Assembly (NCBI GenBank): GCA_044892525.1
Contig: CM097885.1
Span: 36,520,001 to 36,584,000 of the forward strand
DNA from: Schmidtea polychroa
Taxonomy: Eukaryota
Length of the DNA stretch: 64,000 bases
Direction of reading: 5' to 3'
Under the pieces are notes generated by a model. The model did not search any database, had not been told where the DNA came from, and worked only from the letters and a program-made list of their open reading frames with translations. Position numbers and translations under genes: made by a program. This document shows, piece after piece, positions 50,602-64,000 of this stretch. Numbering within the stretch: position 1 is the stretch's first letter; every line of letters begins with the position of its first letter.

Positions 50602-51122
50602 TTAATTTTTATTTAAAAATCTGGTTAAAATATACAAAATAGCAACACCTGTTGCAAGTTTTACATAGTTTTTAAATTTTCTTTTCTGATCGTCTATTTC
50701 TTTTGCATTTCTGGAGAGTTGATTGAGTACTCCCCATCCGCCATTGGCTTCAATCCATGGTTGAAACTTTGACTTGATTATCTAGAAAATAAATATTAAT
50801 AAAATATAAATTATAAAAGTATTACTTCTTGAGACCACTGATAATAGTGCTCTGAGTCCCATAGACTTCTTTGGATTATTATTTTCATATAAGCGAACCC
50901 TACTAGTATTCGGGTCCACTTCATCTCCTCGTCGCATAAGCAATTAAATATTCTATTAAAATAGAATTTCTTTGTTTCGAGGGAATCGGAATTGAGGACG
51001 TCCTCATAATCAATGTGATTACCCTCTATAATGTTTTCGGTCCGATCGACCAGGAAAATTAGGCTTTCCATAATATTCTTGTTGATGAGTTCTCTTAACA
51101 TATTTTCCATTAAATTAGACAT
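50602..51122 (-). CDS. Bcl-2 family protein, 2 exons, ~158 aa
   Basis: Exon 1 51122-50826, 44-bp GT-AG intron 50825-50782, exon 2 50781-50602. BH1-like KWTRILVGFAY, BH2 WIEANGGW, C-terminal anchor LATGVAILYILTRFL. Confidence 0.88.
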
Positions 51123-51691
51123 TTTTACAATATTTTAATATATGATGTTTTATTTATACTAATACTGTATGATTTTGATTGGTTGATAGACTATAAATGT
51201 AAAAGAAAGGTTTTGATTTGATACACCATGAAAACTCTATTCATATTGCTAATTATTATAACGAGTGTGTGCTCACACAATACAACAATAACGGTGGAGT
51301 CTTTTAATAAATCAATATGTGTTTGTCCGAATACAGCCAAGTTGATGGATATTTTATATATTCTCGATAAACCAAAATGGTCAAAGCATCCAGGAAAAAG
51401 AATATCTCAAAGATTGGAGAATTTAGAAAACAGTTATGAACTAACATTTGAATATATACAAAATATAAAAATTAAATTGATTGATCATATTGAGGTTTTC
51501 AATAACTCTATTACTGAAAATAAAAAGAATATGAAGATTATTGATAAGAAGCATGATTATTTGTTAAAAAAGATTGAATTATTATTAAGAGAAATTCAAA
51601 CAATCAAAGGATCAATAGAATATCTGAAAATCAATTCAACGTTACCAATTTCTAACAATATTGCTGCGAATAGTAGTACATCAATATTTAG

Positions 51692-52923
<1,232 letters not shown>

Positions 52924-53033
52924 TTCTTCAATAATTAAAATTTTACCATTTTTGGAAAGAACGTTTAACATGATTTTTATATTTTAAAACTGAAAAATAA
53001 CTTATAATCGTTATATATATGATATATTAATCG

Positions 53034-53071
<38 letters not shown>

Positions 53072-55696
53072 ATGTATAGTGAATTTTTTTATGATTCTTT
53101 CTAGATTCATTTTACTCCCAATAGACTTTTTATTACCATCTGCCATTTCAAGAGCTTTAGTCTCATCTTTTATGAATTAATTCCAATAAAATTAGCTCCA
53201 TTGTGAGACCAATAGTCAACTACAAAGATTGTTGAAGAGATCAGTTGTCTTGATAGGTTGAATTTGAAAACTTGATTTCTTTTCTAGGTAAACCTTTCTA
53301 TTTCCAAACAGATTTCCTTTATCATGTCAACACCACAATTTATTGTTGGAAGAACCTTATGATTCATTAACTTTGTACCATCATTTAAAAAATGAGGTTT
53401 GAAAACTAAACTGAACTTTCTCCGATCCTGACAGTTCAATGGAGTCTACTAGTCTTATCTTTTCAGTTTTAGTCAGGGATTCAATGTGATCAAAAATTAA
53501 CTTCTTGAAACATGTACATGGGACGGATGCATGGGTCACTGAGGTTTCTAGCTCTGCAGTTTCTGTTTGGGTACGAGAATTTTATTGAAAATATATTTTT
53601 TCTCACTTTCTCATTATTGTGTGTGTGCTCCTGACGTGATGAAACAAAAGAAACAAAACTCTTTAGATTTACATACAAATATTAATGAAAATTGATAGGT
53701 TGTCTAATAAAATATTTCCGTCCAAAAAATATTTTCAGACTTTGCAATTTTATTCACGATAACGGTAAGTATTTAAAAACATTTATTTTTCAATATAAAT
53801 TATCAAATTATTCAGAATATTTAAATAAAACACAAATAAGAAATTTTATTAGAAAATTTAAAATACCGAATAAACAAGAAAAAAATAATATTTTATCAAT
53901 TAAAAAATCATAAATCAAAAGTCAAAAATCATCAGTAAAAATATAACTAATCTATTTTTATCAAAAAAAATCAAGTAGACAATGTTATACCAATGTTTCA
54001 AGAAGTTATTAAATATTTTAATCAATTAAAACAATATAAAAATGATTCGAGTCACATTTTTTTAAAGTATCAATAAAATTCGGTAAAATTTAATATGGCT
54101 AAATCGATTTAAAAAAAAATTAAATATGCAATAAAAATCGATTTTAGGAGTAAAATTATTTTTCAAATATTTTTGTTTCAATTCACTTGACACTCGGAAT
54201 TTTCACATAATATTTAAATATACCGTTACGCTTAAATGAAAACTAATAACAAAAATAAAGTTATTTATTGAAATTTAAAGAAGACAAAAAATTATTTATG
54301 AGATTTAATTTCAGATGAAAATATTTTATAAATAAATTTTTTATAAAAATTTTATTCAATCGTTATCTAATGAATAAACGACAAATAAATGGAATATATA
54401 AATTGAATTAAAGTCTTAAATTAATAAGTAATTAAATGAATTCTCGTATTAATTATGAGAAAATGTTTTCCTAAGGGACATTAAATTTTATCTCACACTT
54501 GTAGAATATTTTTCCATTTTGGAACATATTTTTCATCAGCAATCAATCATTTTTTAGATATTTTTGTTTTATTGAATGATTTCACTTAATTTATTTTTAC
54601 AAATTTATGATAAGAATACCATTAATCTTTGAAAGGAAGCAGCAGAAAAATTATTTGAAGATAAAAGTTAGCTCTGAGGCAATATCATAATAAAAGTCAT
54701 GTAAAATTATGATAAATTTATATCAATAGATGTTAATAACTTAACTTAAAAATATCCAGTATTTTTCAATTGGAAAATTAGAAATTCAGTTCCAGTCATC
54801 AACATCTGCCACTTCTTAAAACTTTCACCGCATTAAAAGCATAATTTTAGATATCTTTCAAAAATATTCCTATTTCATTTAATAATAATCAGAAAAATAA
54901 TATTATAATTCATGTTTCCTTTTAAAATTTATTTAATTTTAAAATTAACAATTTTATACCGACAAATTATTGGAATATTAAATATTGCAAAAAGTTCATT
55001 CAATTATGGACAATCCGGTGAACACAATTGTATTTATTATAGTAAAATAGGTAAAGAGGAAAATTAACAAACATTTAATTGAAATTATTATAAAATTAAA
55101 AAAATTATATTATTAAAAATGTAATTTAAAATAAAACAGAAATTTGTTATAAAAATAATTTATATATAAAACACGAAGTCAAATTATGTATGAAAATGAT
55201 AGTTGTTGAAAATTTTTAATGTCTGTTAAAATTGTCGATACTAAAATTAATGTCTCGACAATATTTTTTTTAAAAATAGTTTTTTTGGATAAATAAATTA
55301 TTTATGCTGTTTAAATACCATAGTATTAAATACCATAGTATTAATACCATAGTATTAAATAGCCCATAAGGTCGATCGCGAAGGATTTTTTAGTAGATCT
55401 TCATAAAAAAATATTTTTTATATAAATTTAGATTTTATATAAAATTTCTGTTTTATGCTTAAATTTTTTGCCAATTTTCATGTTCTGTGTTCCATTTCTA
55501 TGTTAATACTAAATAACATTTTTTAATTTTGATTACACCATTTCCAAAATGTTATTTAGTTTAATTTAGTTTAATTTAATTTTGTTTATTTAGTTTAAAT
55601 ATTATGTAAGTATTAAAAAAGTAGATCGCATACACATTTTGGATGTGAATGTAGCTCTCCTAGAAAAATTAGTGGGCACCCCTGTATTATAGGCTC

Positions 55697-55858
<162 letters not shown>

Positions 55859-56047
55859 TTTTATGAAAATGTTCATGCAACTAATGAAATTTTCGTGAAA
55901 ATAATCATGAAAATATTGAAAATGTTAAAAATCATGAAATTGATGAGGAAATTAAGTTTTATGAATATTTAAGTAAATAATGAAACTTGAAAATAAAATA
56001 ATAATACTTTGAAAATAAATAATAAGAACTTTGAAAATAACTTTTTA

Positions 56048-56095
<48 letters not shown>

Positions 56096-57380
56096 ATTGT
56101 TTAAAATTTAGAGTGTTTATCATATTTTATAATTTATTAATTTTTTTATTATTTATTATATAAAGTATTTGAAATTGAAAAAAGCGTTTTCCAATTATTA
56201 TCTAGTTCAATTAAACAATTTTAAAATCCTTTATTAGATTTACTCTTTCCTTTACTTGGCTAATATCTTTCATAAATAATATTTCGTTCTTTTAAGACGG
56301 GATTCTTTTCAGCATTTTAGTGAGCAATAAAACCAGAAATACATTATGATTTCAAAGATATTCTTGTTTTAAACTATTTGTGTGAAGTTCTAAAGAAAAT
56401 TCATGAAAAGAACACATCAAAAACACTTAATTAATCGAGAATACAACCGAAATATTGATTAAAGGTAAAAAAGCGGTGAAAGAAATTCGAGTAAAACTTC
56501 AGGATTTACTTAGTATTTTGGCGTAAATTTGTGAATACATCTAATTTAATTGTAGAGAATATCAAGTATGATATCCAATTCAACAGATTAAAAATTATTA
56601 GAAATTAGAATTAATTATCGACGTTTTAAATAATATGTAAAAAACTTAACGAATAAAAAATTTAAATTAATTAAATGCAAAAAATAATTTTCTAAAAAAT
56701 GTCAAAAATTTTAAAAAATTTGTTATTTTAATTAAAATGTTTGCTAAAGTTTGAATTATAAATAAAAAATATTTTTATTTATTACATATGTTAGATAATA
56801 CAAAGTTTAATTTTTAAAATGAAACATGCAGATGATTCTAAAGAATAATTTCAAATTTAAGGTAAATTTTTTAACAAATTTTAGTTTGATGCTATGTAAT
56901 GAAGATATTTAAAAATTTGAAAATGAAATTAAATATTAATCTACAAATAAAAATTTAATCTTTTTATTAAAATTCTTTTTAATAATATATATCACCATTT
57001 GTACATCCTTTTCACTATATATTTCGATAGTATCACTATCATCATCAGGTTACCTACATTCACTAGGGATGTATAACTATACAATATTGACAATTTATAA
57101 ACAAATTTATAATTGAAAAATTTATAGATTTTATAACACAGCAGTAAACACACAACAGTTATAGTTTACTGATAATTACAGTTTTACTGATAAGTGTAAT
57201 TTTGTGCATTATTAGAAAAATAATTGAGTCAGTGAAGTTACGTGCAGTAAATTTTATTTTGTTATCCTTCATACGACTAAACATTAAACACTTCCTTGCT
57301 GGTAAGTTTAATAGCAAAAATTACTTTGTTGTATTAAAATAATTAAATATTATTTATAGTGGTACATTAGTAATTTTAAA

Positions 57381-58683
57381 ATGTCATCAAAAAAGCTATC
57401 AAGATTTCAAAATCGTAAGCGCAAAACTCTCAGAGCTCAAGAGTGTGAAAAGGAAAGTGGTCGACTGTTAAGTTTTCAAATCAAGTCTTGATGTTTCCGC
57501 CACCAGCGACTTGGATAAATGTGTAGAACAATCTGATGTACAACAAAATATGTCAGATCACGCGGATGAAGGTATTTCAAAAAAAGAAGAAAATAAAAGA
57601 GAAGTTTGATATTATGATGCAAAGCGAATGCTCACATGAAATTAAATCCAGTACCAGTGCCACGATTAATTATGTAGATTACAATGACCCAGGAAACTGG
57701 CCTGACTATTGTAATGATAATTTTCGTCAGATTTTATTACAAAATCCACCACTTCAAATTATTACATTTAATTTTCCCAAAGATTCCAAAAATCGAAAAT
57801 TTTGTCCGATTCACTACAAGAGAAAACTAGCCAATGGTGAAGAAGTATATTCAACTATAAAAGATGCGTTTTTTTATTTTTGCTGCAAGTTATTTAACAA
57901 AAACAGTTCGTTAATCCAAAAAAAATTAGGATCAAAAGACTGGAAAAATATTGGAGCAATTCTATCTTCACATGAAAGGAATACTTTTCATTTAGAAAAC
58001 TTTCAGACGTGGAAAGAACTTGATGTGTGTATATCCAAGTAAAAACAATTGATAATATTACCCAGCAGAATATCAAAGAAAAAGAACAATACTGGCGGCA
58101 AATTTTGGAACGTTTGATCGCTTTGATCAGAGTACTTGCCACTCAAAACTTAGCATATCATGGACATGGCTATACAGTCTATTGAAGAGAGGTTCCAACA
58201 ATTAGAACAACATGATATTTTATTTGGCTTCCTTTATGATATATCCAATATCAACAAAAAGACATCTGCAGATATACTTACTGACTGCAAACATTTAGAA
58301 ACGTCTCTGACGCATAAAGACAATAAAGATATTGATGTCTATGATCTTTGTAATGAGCTTCAAGTAGTAGCTCAAAAGCTTCCAAAGCGTATGTCTCCAT
58401 CAGATGTGCTCCTCTATATAGTACAAAAAAAATTGGAAGATTGTGTACCAAATGTTGTTTTTCCTTGAGAATATTATTAATATTTGCAGTGTCCGTGGCT
58501 AGTGAAGAACGCAGTTTTTCAAAATTGAAATTAATTAAAAGTTACTTCCGTTCAACTATGTCGCAAAGCAGACTTGTGGACTTAGCTACAATTTCAATAG
58601 AATATGATTACGCTTCGACATTGGAATTGAAAGAATTAGTAGAAACTTTTGCGAGGAAGAAGGCAAGAAAAATTAAATTTTAA
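57381..58683 (+). pseudogene. Internally deleted hAT (ZMYM1-like) transposase
   Basis: DPGNWP, FPKD, YFCCKLF, DWKN..SHE..H, YWRQILERL fused near 58155 to MAIQSIEERF and the dimerisation motif SVASEERSFSKLKLIK; frameshifts; candidate right TIR ...GCCGGCCTTG ending at 58928. Confidence 0.88.
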
Positions 58684-58742
58684 TTTTGTAACGTTTATGC
58701 AATTAATAATAAATTAATATGTCACTTTAAATTTATTGTTTT

Positions 58743-58744
<2 letters not shown>

Positions 58745-58836
<92 letters not shown>
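58745..58836. repeat. (TA)n microsatellite
   Basis: Direct reading. Confidence 0.95.
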
Positions 58837-58841
<5 letters not shown>

Positions 58842-60362
58842 ATATATTTATTTTTTTATTAACTTGTGTGAAAGGGGGCGTTTAAATAAGTTTTGCCTAA
58901 GGCGATAAATAAGCTGGCGCCGGCCTTGCCAACAAATGATGCTGATGATACAGATTTTGACGCAGAGGACATTAAATAATACAAGAGTCAAAGGTAGAAT
59001 AGGTCGCAAAGCAAAGGTTTACGAGTTTAATAGTGAGAAGACCTTCACCAGTATTGAGAATACAATACATATTTTCTAACATGAACAATGTTATGGAACC
59101 AACTGGACTCGCTTGAATACAAAAAATCAAGTCATTTGGTTCAAATGCAAAAACTGCGAAGTTAGATTGAAATGTATAACTGAACCTGAAATTAGTATAT
59201 ATCTAGAAATTAATCATTATAACGACAATGGTGAAAATGAGTGTATACAAACAAATTGCCAAGCCAACAATATCTTACGAAAATTTAGCAGCTATAAATA
59301 AACTCTGTGAACAAAGTCTAAAGCCTAAATCAATTATGGAGAAGCTTAGGCAAAAAAATATACACATAAGTATAGTAAAAATAAACAATACTTGGAACAA
59401 CAGATAAAGCGAAACGATTTCATCCTTTTAGATTTGCCTTATCATTCAATGAAACAGAAGACGATTTTTCTTTTGTTTTACAAACTTGTTAAATACAAAA
59501 CAGAGATAAAACAACGTATACCGGCTGTTAGTTTTTTCAATGTGAAGTCGAAACTACTAGAAGATTGGTCACTCAATAGAGAACCGTTTTTGTTAAATGA
59601 AGTTGGTGAACAAACAGCAAATTCAAATCTAATTGTTTTTCAAAAAATTCCACTAATTTCGACATCTGATTATTTACATGCCTTCTATTGGAACGAAAAA
59701 AGAAAGAAATCAGAAAACTTACTTTACAAAACCAATCAATCGTTTATTTCATTCCAGCTGGTAAAACACTCAATTACTCAACAAGATTGCAAGCTGTTTT
59801 ACAAAAAAGTTATAGATATTAATTCTTCTACGCTTCCGGATTATCTTAAATATTTATGCAGTGTAAGAATAGTTATTCTTAACACTGATATTTGTCAACT
59901 TTAAACTTGTACTTACTTTTATTGGCAAAAGAACTATTATTGTGATCATACAATATCAATAACAGTTCGAGAGCACTTAACTGTATTTGATGAAGATATA
60001 ATAATGAATGTTCCCTCTTGGTAAAAAGCGTAGAAGAGGAGTATCAACTAAATCAAAATAAGCCCTCCAGCATCAATCTATTGAAGATCCTGCAATACAA
60101 TTTACTGGAATTACATCAGAACAATTATCTCCAACTCAACAACTGTTGCATAAATAATGGATATTATAGATTAATTAAACACATAATTTTATAAATTAGA
60201 GTAACGCTTTCTAATAACATGTGAATGTTATATTGATATAAATTAATTCAATTCCATCTTAAAAATACATAAAAATATTTTCTTATGAAGAAGGAAATTA
60301 AATTGTCTTATATATTTTTATTTCTTTTACACATCTATTAACATTCTCTTCATACATGTTAA

Positions 60363-63300
60363 CAGGGCCGGATTTAAGCATTTGTTGGCCCTAGGCAAAG
60401 GAGCTTTTTGGGGCCCTCAAAATTAATTAGTATATTTCAAGGAAATTATGTAGGTTATTTTATTTGCTAAAAGTATTTAAGAAATAATTATTTACTACCT
60501 ATTTATATTTTGAAATATATTTATTAAATAATTCCGTTTAAAAATAAGATACATATGTCATGTCAAAAATATAATTTTACAAAACTTTCTTTCTAAATTT
60601 TTCTAGAGCATATTGATCAATCAATGAATCAAAATCAATAGCTTTCAATTTATCAATGTTACAAGATAATAAGGCCAAATTATTCAAAATTTTTTGACTC
60701 ATCGTTGACCTCAAAAAATTTTTAATCAGCTTCAATTTTGAGAAACTTCTTTCGCCAGTGCAATTAGCAATCATTAGACACAAAAAAATTCTTAAAATTG
60801 TTTCCAAATTTGGAAAAGCAATTTCCAAATTTTTTTCCTTAATTATCTCGTAGAAACTCAAATGATTTGGATGATCATTTTGCCAATCGTTCCTGATATA
60901 TTCGTGAAATTGTAGTAACTCGAAAAAAAGTGAATCGTCTATATCATCTGGATATTTTTCAACAACGTTATTCACATGTTGTTTCAAATCTTCTTGCGAC
61001 AATTCAATATTTGTCAAAAAACCAAACACTTTAGAAATTTCCAAGTAACAATCAGAGTGCTGAATCAAATTATTTTCGATGTTTTCTAAAATTTTCATGA
61101 AGACGTTGTTTAGAAAGTTCTCTTTAGCACTAATTTCTGGTTCTGTGGTAATTGGATCTTCATCTGGAAATTTCTTTTTAAATCCCTTTCTCTTGACAGT
61201 GTAGTCAGTGTTTGGTAACAATTTTTTAGCTTCAATTTTAATTTCATCAAAGCTATTTTTCAAATTTGTAATATATGAAGCTAGAGATGCATATAACGAA
61301 GAACAAACGTCTAATGTGACTTTAGGACTTTGCAAATCTTTTGAAACTGCATTCATTCTCTCTAGAACCTGATCCCAAAATATAACGAGAAGTGCGAATT
61401 CAAACTCCTCCATTTTATTCAATAAATTATTTGCTTCATTTCTAGTGTTTCCATCAAAATTTGCATCTTCAATGATGGCATTTAGTGCTTCCATTACATT
61501 TTCATAGTTTTCGTGAATGACCTTAACTGACTCAGAACGAGCACTCCATCTAGTCTTTGATAACGATTTTACCGTTCTATTTGAAAATTCAACTAACTTG
61601 TTCCATCTCTTAGTAGACGATGAAAAAAAATTGTAAATTTCCTGAATTAATCCGAAAAAATTGATTGATTCTATGCAACAGTCCGCACCTGAATTTCCAA
61701 CCAAATTCAAAGAATGAGCACTGCACGGTAAAAAAATTGCTTTATCATTTTTTTCAAGAACTTTTGCCCTCATTCCTTTGTATTTTCCGGCCATATTCAT
61801 AGCGTTGTCATACGATTGTGATCGGCAATCTTGAAAATTTAACCCAATATCCTTTTCAAAAAATTCCAATAAAATGTCAGCTAAATATTCTCCAGTGTGA
61901 TTCTTTATCTCAATAAAGTTTAAGAATCGCTCGATTGGTTTAAAATTGATTTGATCAACGTATCTGATAATCATGCACAATTGATCTTTGTTTGATATAT
62001 CAGGGGTGGAATCCACAGACATTCCAAAATATTTTGATTGTTTGATGTCATCAGAAATCGACTTCAATACTGTTTTTGCCATCAGATCGAGCAATTCCTC
62101 AAAAATTGTTTTAGAGAGATAAGAAGTTTTTCCAGATCCTGGATTACCAAACTTTCTAATGTGCTCTGCTAAAAATGGATCAAATTTTGCAATAAGTTCC
62201 AAGAGTCCAATGAAATTGCCACGTCCTTCCATTCCAAAAATTTCATTTGATCCTCGAAATGGTAAATTTCGTTCAACAATGGTGCAAATAACAGCTACAA
62301 CTCGTTCTAAGACTTTTCTCCAGTAAATCCTTTCTTGTTGTATTTCTTTTTGCAATTGATCCGACACAGAATAGTTACTTTTTCTAGTTAAATATGTAAC
62401 TAAAGCATTACGATGTTCAGAAGAGTTTTGATGGCTTTTGATTGAGGAACCAGCATTTTTCCAATCTCGCAGGCCATTGGTTGCTAAATTGAAATTTGAA
62501 GCAGTGAGTAATTTGCAAACAAAACAAAAAACATTTCCAATTTTAGGCGAATATACAAGCCATTCGCGAGTGTACTTTTCTCCATTTGTTTTTTCATCAA
62601 AGAATAAAGTCTTAGAGCAATATCGAACAGTATTGTCATTATAGAGCTGTTTGGAAGAATGAAAGTTTTCTGTTGAATGTTGGCAACTTTCAGGGCCCTT
62701 CTCAATCCAGTACAAAGTGTCTTCAGAAGACAATTCTCTCCATAATCCTACGTCATTCTCACGATTTGCATTTGGAGATGATTCAATCAGGGATTCCACT
62801 AAATTTTCATTATTAATGTTATCTACCAGCTCCAAATTATTTTCGAAATAATTAAAAACTTGATTTGAACTTCCAGTGAAAATAGGTTGATTTGAAGTAC
62901 TGGAAGAGACCTCTATTTGGTCGCTTTGGTGCCGATCTTCTTGTGCTACAAATTCACTTTCAGTTGCAGAATCTTTAGTGAAAAAACAATCTAGCTTAGG
63001 AATTTTCTTAATTTCTTCTTCTCTCTCTGCTTATTTCTTCCTTTTAAACGCTCCGCTTGCGTAGTTTCGTTTCATTCTATCTTAAATTTAATTAAAGTAT
63101 TTTTTAATTAAATTGATTAAATAATTTTAATATTTTTATACTATACCTAGATCTTAACAATTAATCAATTAAAAAAAAGCCTCACTTCGTCCTAAAATTG
63201 TTTTATTTTAAATTTTTTATTTTTAAGCCGATTTCCTTTGAAATAATTTTTTTCTTTTGTGTATAAAATTTTTACCAACACTCCAAAAATATATGTTTCT

Positions 63301-63674
63301 ACACAATAACAATTCGATTCCCGCCTTCGCAAATTTCAACCGACAAACTCCACTAATTATAACCCCCTTGGAGGTTGCGGAAATAAAGAAAAAATATTTT
63401 TTCAACTATAACAACTTTTAAAATTATTGGGGCCCCAAATTATTGATATTTTAGAAAATTTCCTTAAATAAAAAAATACGTACAATGTTTTTTTAATTCT
63501 TTATATAATACATGTATTTTATACTGTATTTTAATTTTTTTATATTTTAGTATATAAAAAATCCATTAAAAAAATATTTTTTTTGTGGCCTCTTAGATGA
63601 TTTCGATTTTGGGGCCCCCAAAACTGCGAGCCCCTAGGCAGTGCCTAGTCTGCCTATAGGTAAATCCGGAATAG
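60363..63674 (-). mobile_element. Full-length hAT transposon
   Basis: 8-bp TSD CATGTTAA (60355-60362, 63675-63682); ends CAGGGCCGGATTTA / TAAATCCGGAATAG; subterminal CCCTAGGCA and GGGGCCC motifs. Confidence 0.92.
60577..63075 (-). pseudogene. hAT (ZMYM1/TTF-type) transposase, ~832 codons, with a premature stop at codon 15
   Basis: ATG 63075 MKRNYASGAFKRKK* (TAA 63033-63031), then open to 60577; FCFVCKL, VDSTPD, SYDNAMNM, CSAHSLNL, TRWS, GERSFSKLKLIK. Confidence 0.9.
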
Positions 63675-64000
63675 CATGTTAAGTAAATATAATTCATCTG
63701 ATAATATATTAGATAATAATATTTGATAAAACGAGTAATAATACATTTTCAAAATAGTTCAAGTGTAAATGAAAATGCATTTTTTTACCATGTTGATACT
63801 CGCATGTTTTACTCATTTTGTAGTGAATACGAAAATAGAAGTATTAAACAACGCTTAGAATGTTTTAATCGATGATATATATCTTGCTTAAATGATTCTA
63901 AAACATATAATAGCTCTTGTTTGAGATGATCACCACGGTTTTACAAAGGACAGTGCCATACGAGTGTATGTTATTATAAACTTCTAATTATAAAGGTATA

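Noticed and set aside
53090..53450. BEL/Pao integrase relic (SHNGANFIG on the minus strand)
   Set aside because: Only one short motif in a stop-ridden frame; insufficient support.
58960..60150. ORFs 59113-59301 and 59392-59904 as genes
   Set aside because: Look like decayed transposase-derived sequence, possibly MULE, but no diagnostic motif or termini could be confirmed.

Overview
Very AT-rich, intron-containing eukaryotic genomic DNA (probably an invertebrate), dense with transposons. The centrepiece is a complete 19,121-bp Maverick/Polinton endogenous virus at 33803-52923. It has 5'-AG...CT-3' ends, a perfect 6-bp TSD (TTCTTC) and TIRs of about 1.1-1.2 kb. It encodes the core set: protein-primed PolB, chromodomain integrase, FtsK-type packaging ATPase, major and minor capsid proteins, adenain protease and two small core/lytic proteins. 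It also carries an unusual host-manipulation cargo: a minimal TATA-binding-protein homolog, a spliced Bcl-2 homolog, an IAP-type RING protein, a predicted GPI-anchored coiled-coil glycoprotein and a myristoylation-signal ORF overprinted on the integrase. About 11 spliceosomal introns can be read in its genes, including five that add SUMO-interacting-motif-like exons to PolB. Its TIRs are arrays of AP-1-, NR5A/ERR- and SOX-type motifs, and it has a hairpin array with compensatory substitutions. The flanks hold a 3-exon CAP/GAPR-1-like gene, eIF1 and ASF1 pseudogenes, relics of older Maverick-like elements, a Tc1 nested in a hAT MITE, a near-complete hAT element and many decayed TEs. All calls were made by eye from sequence motifs; no database searches were run.
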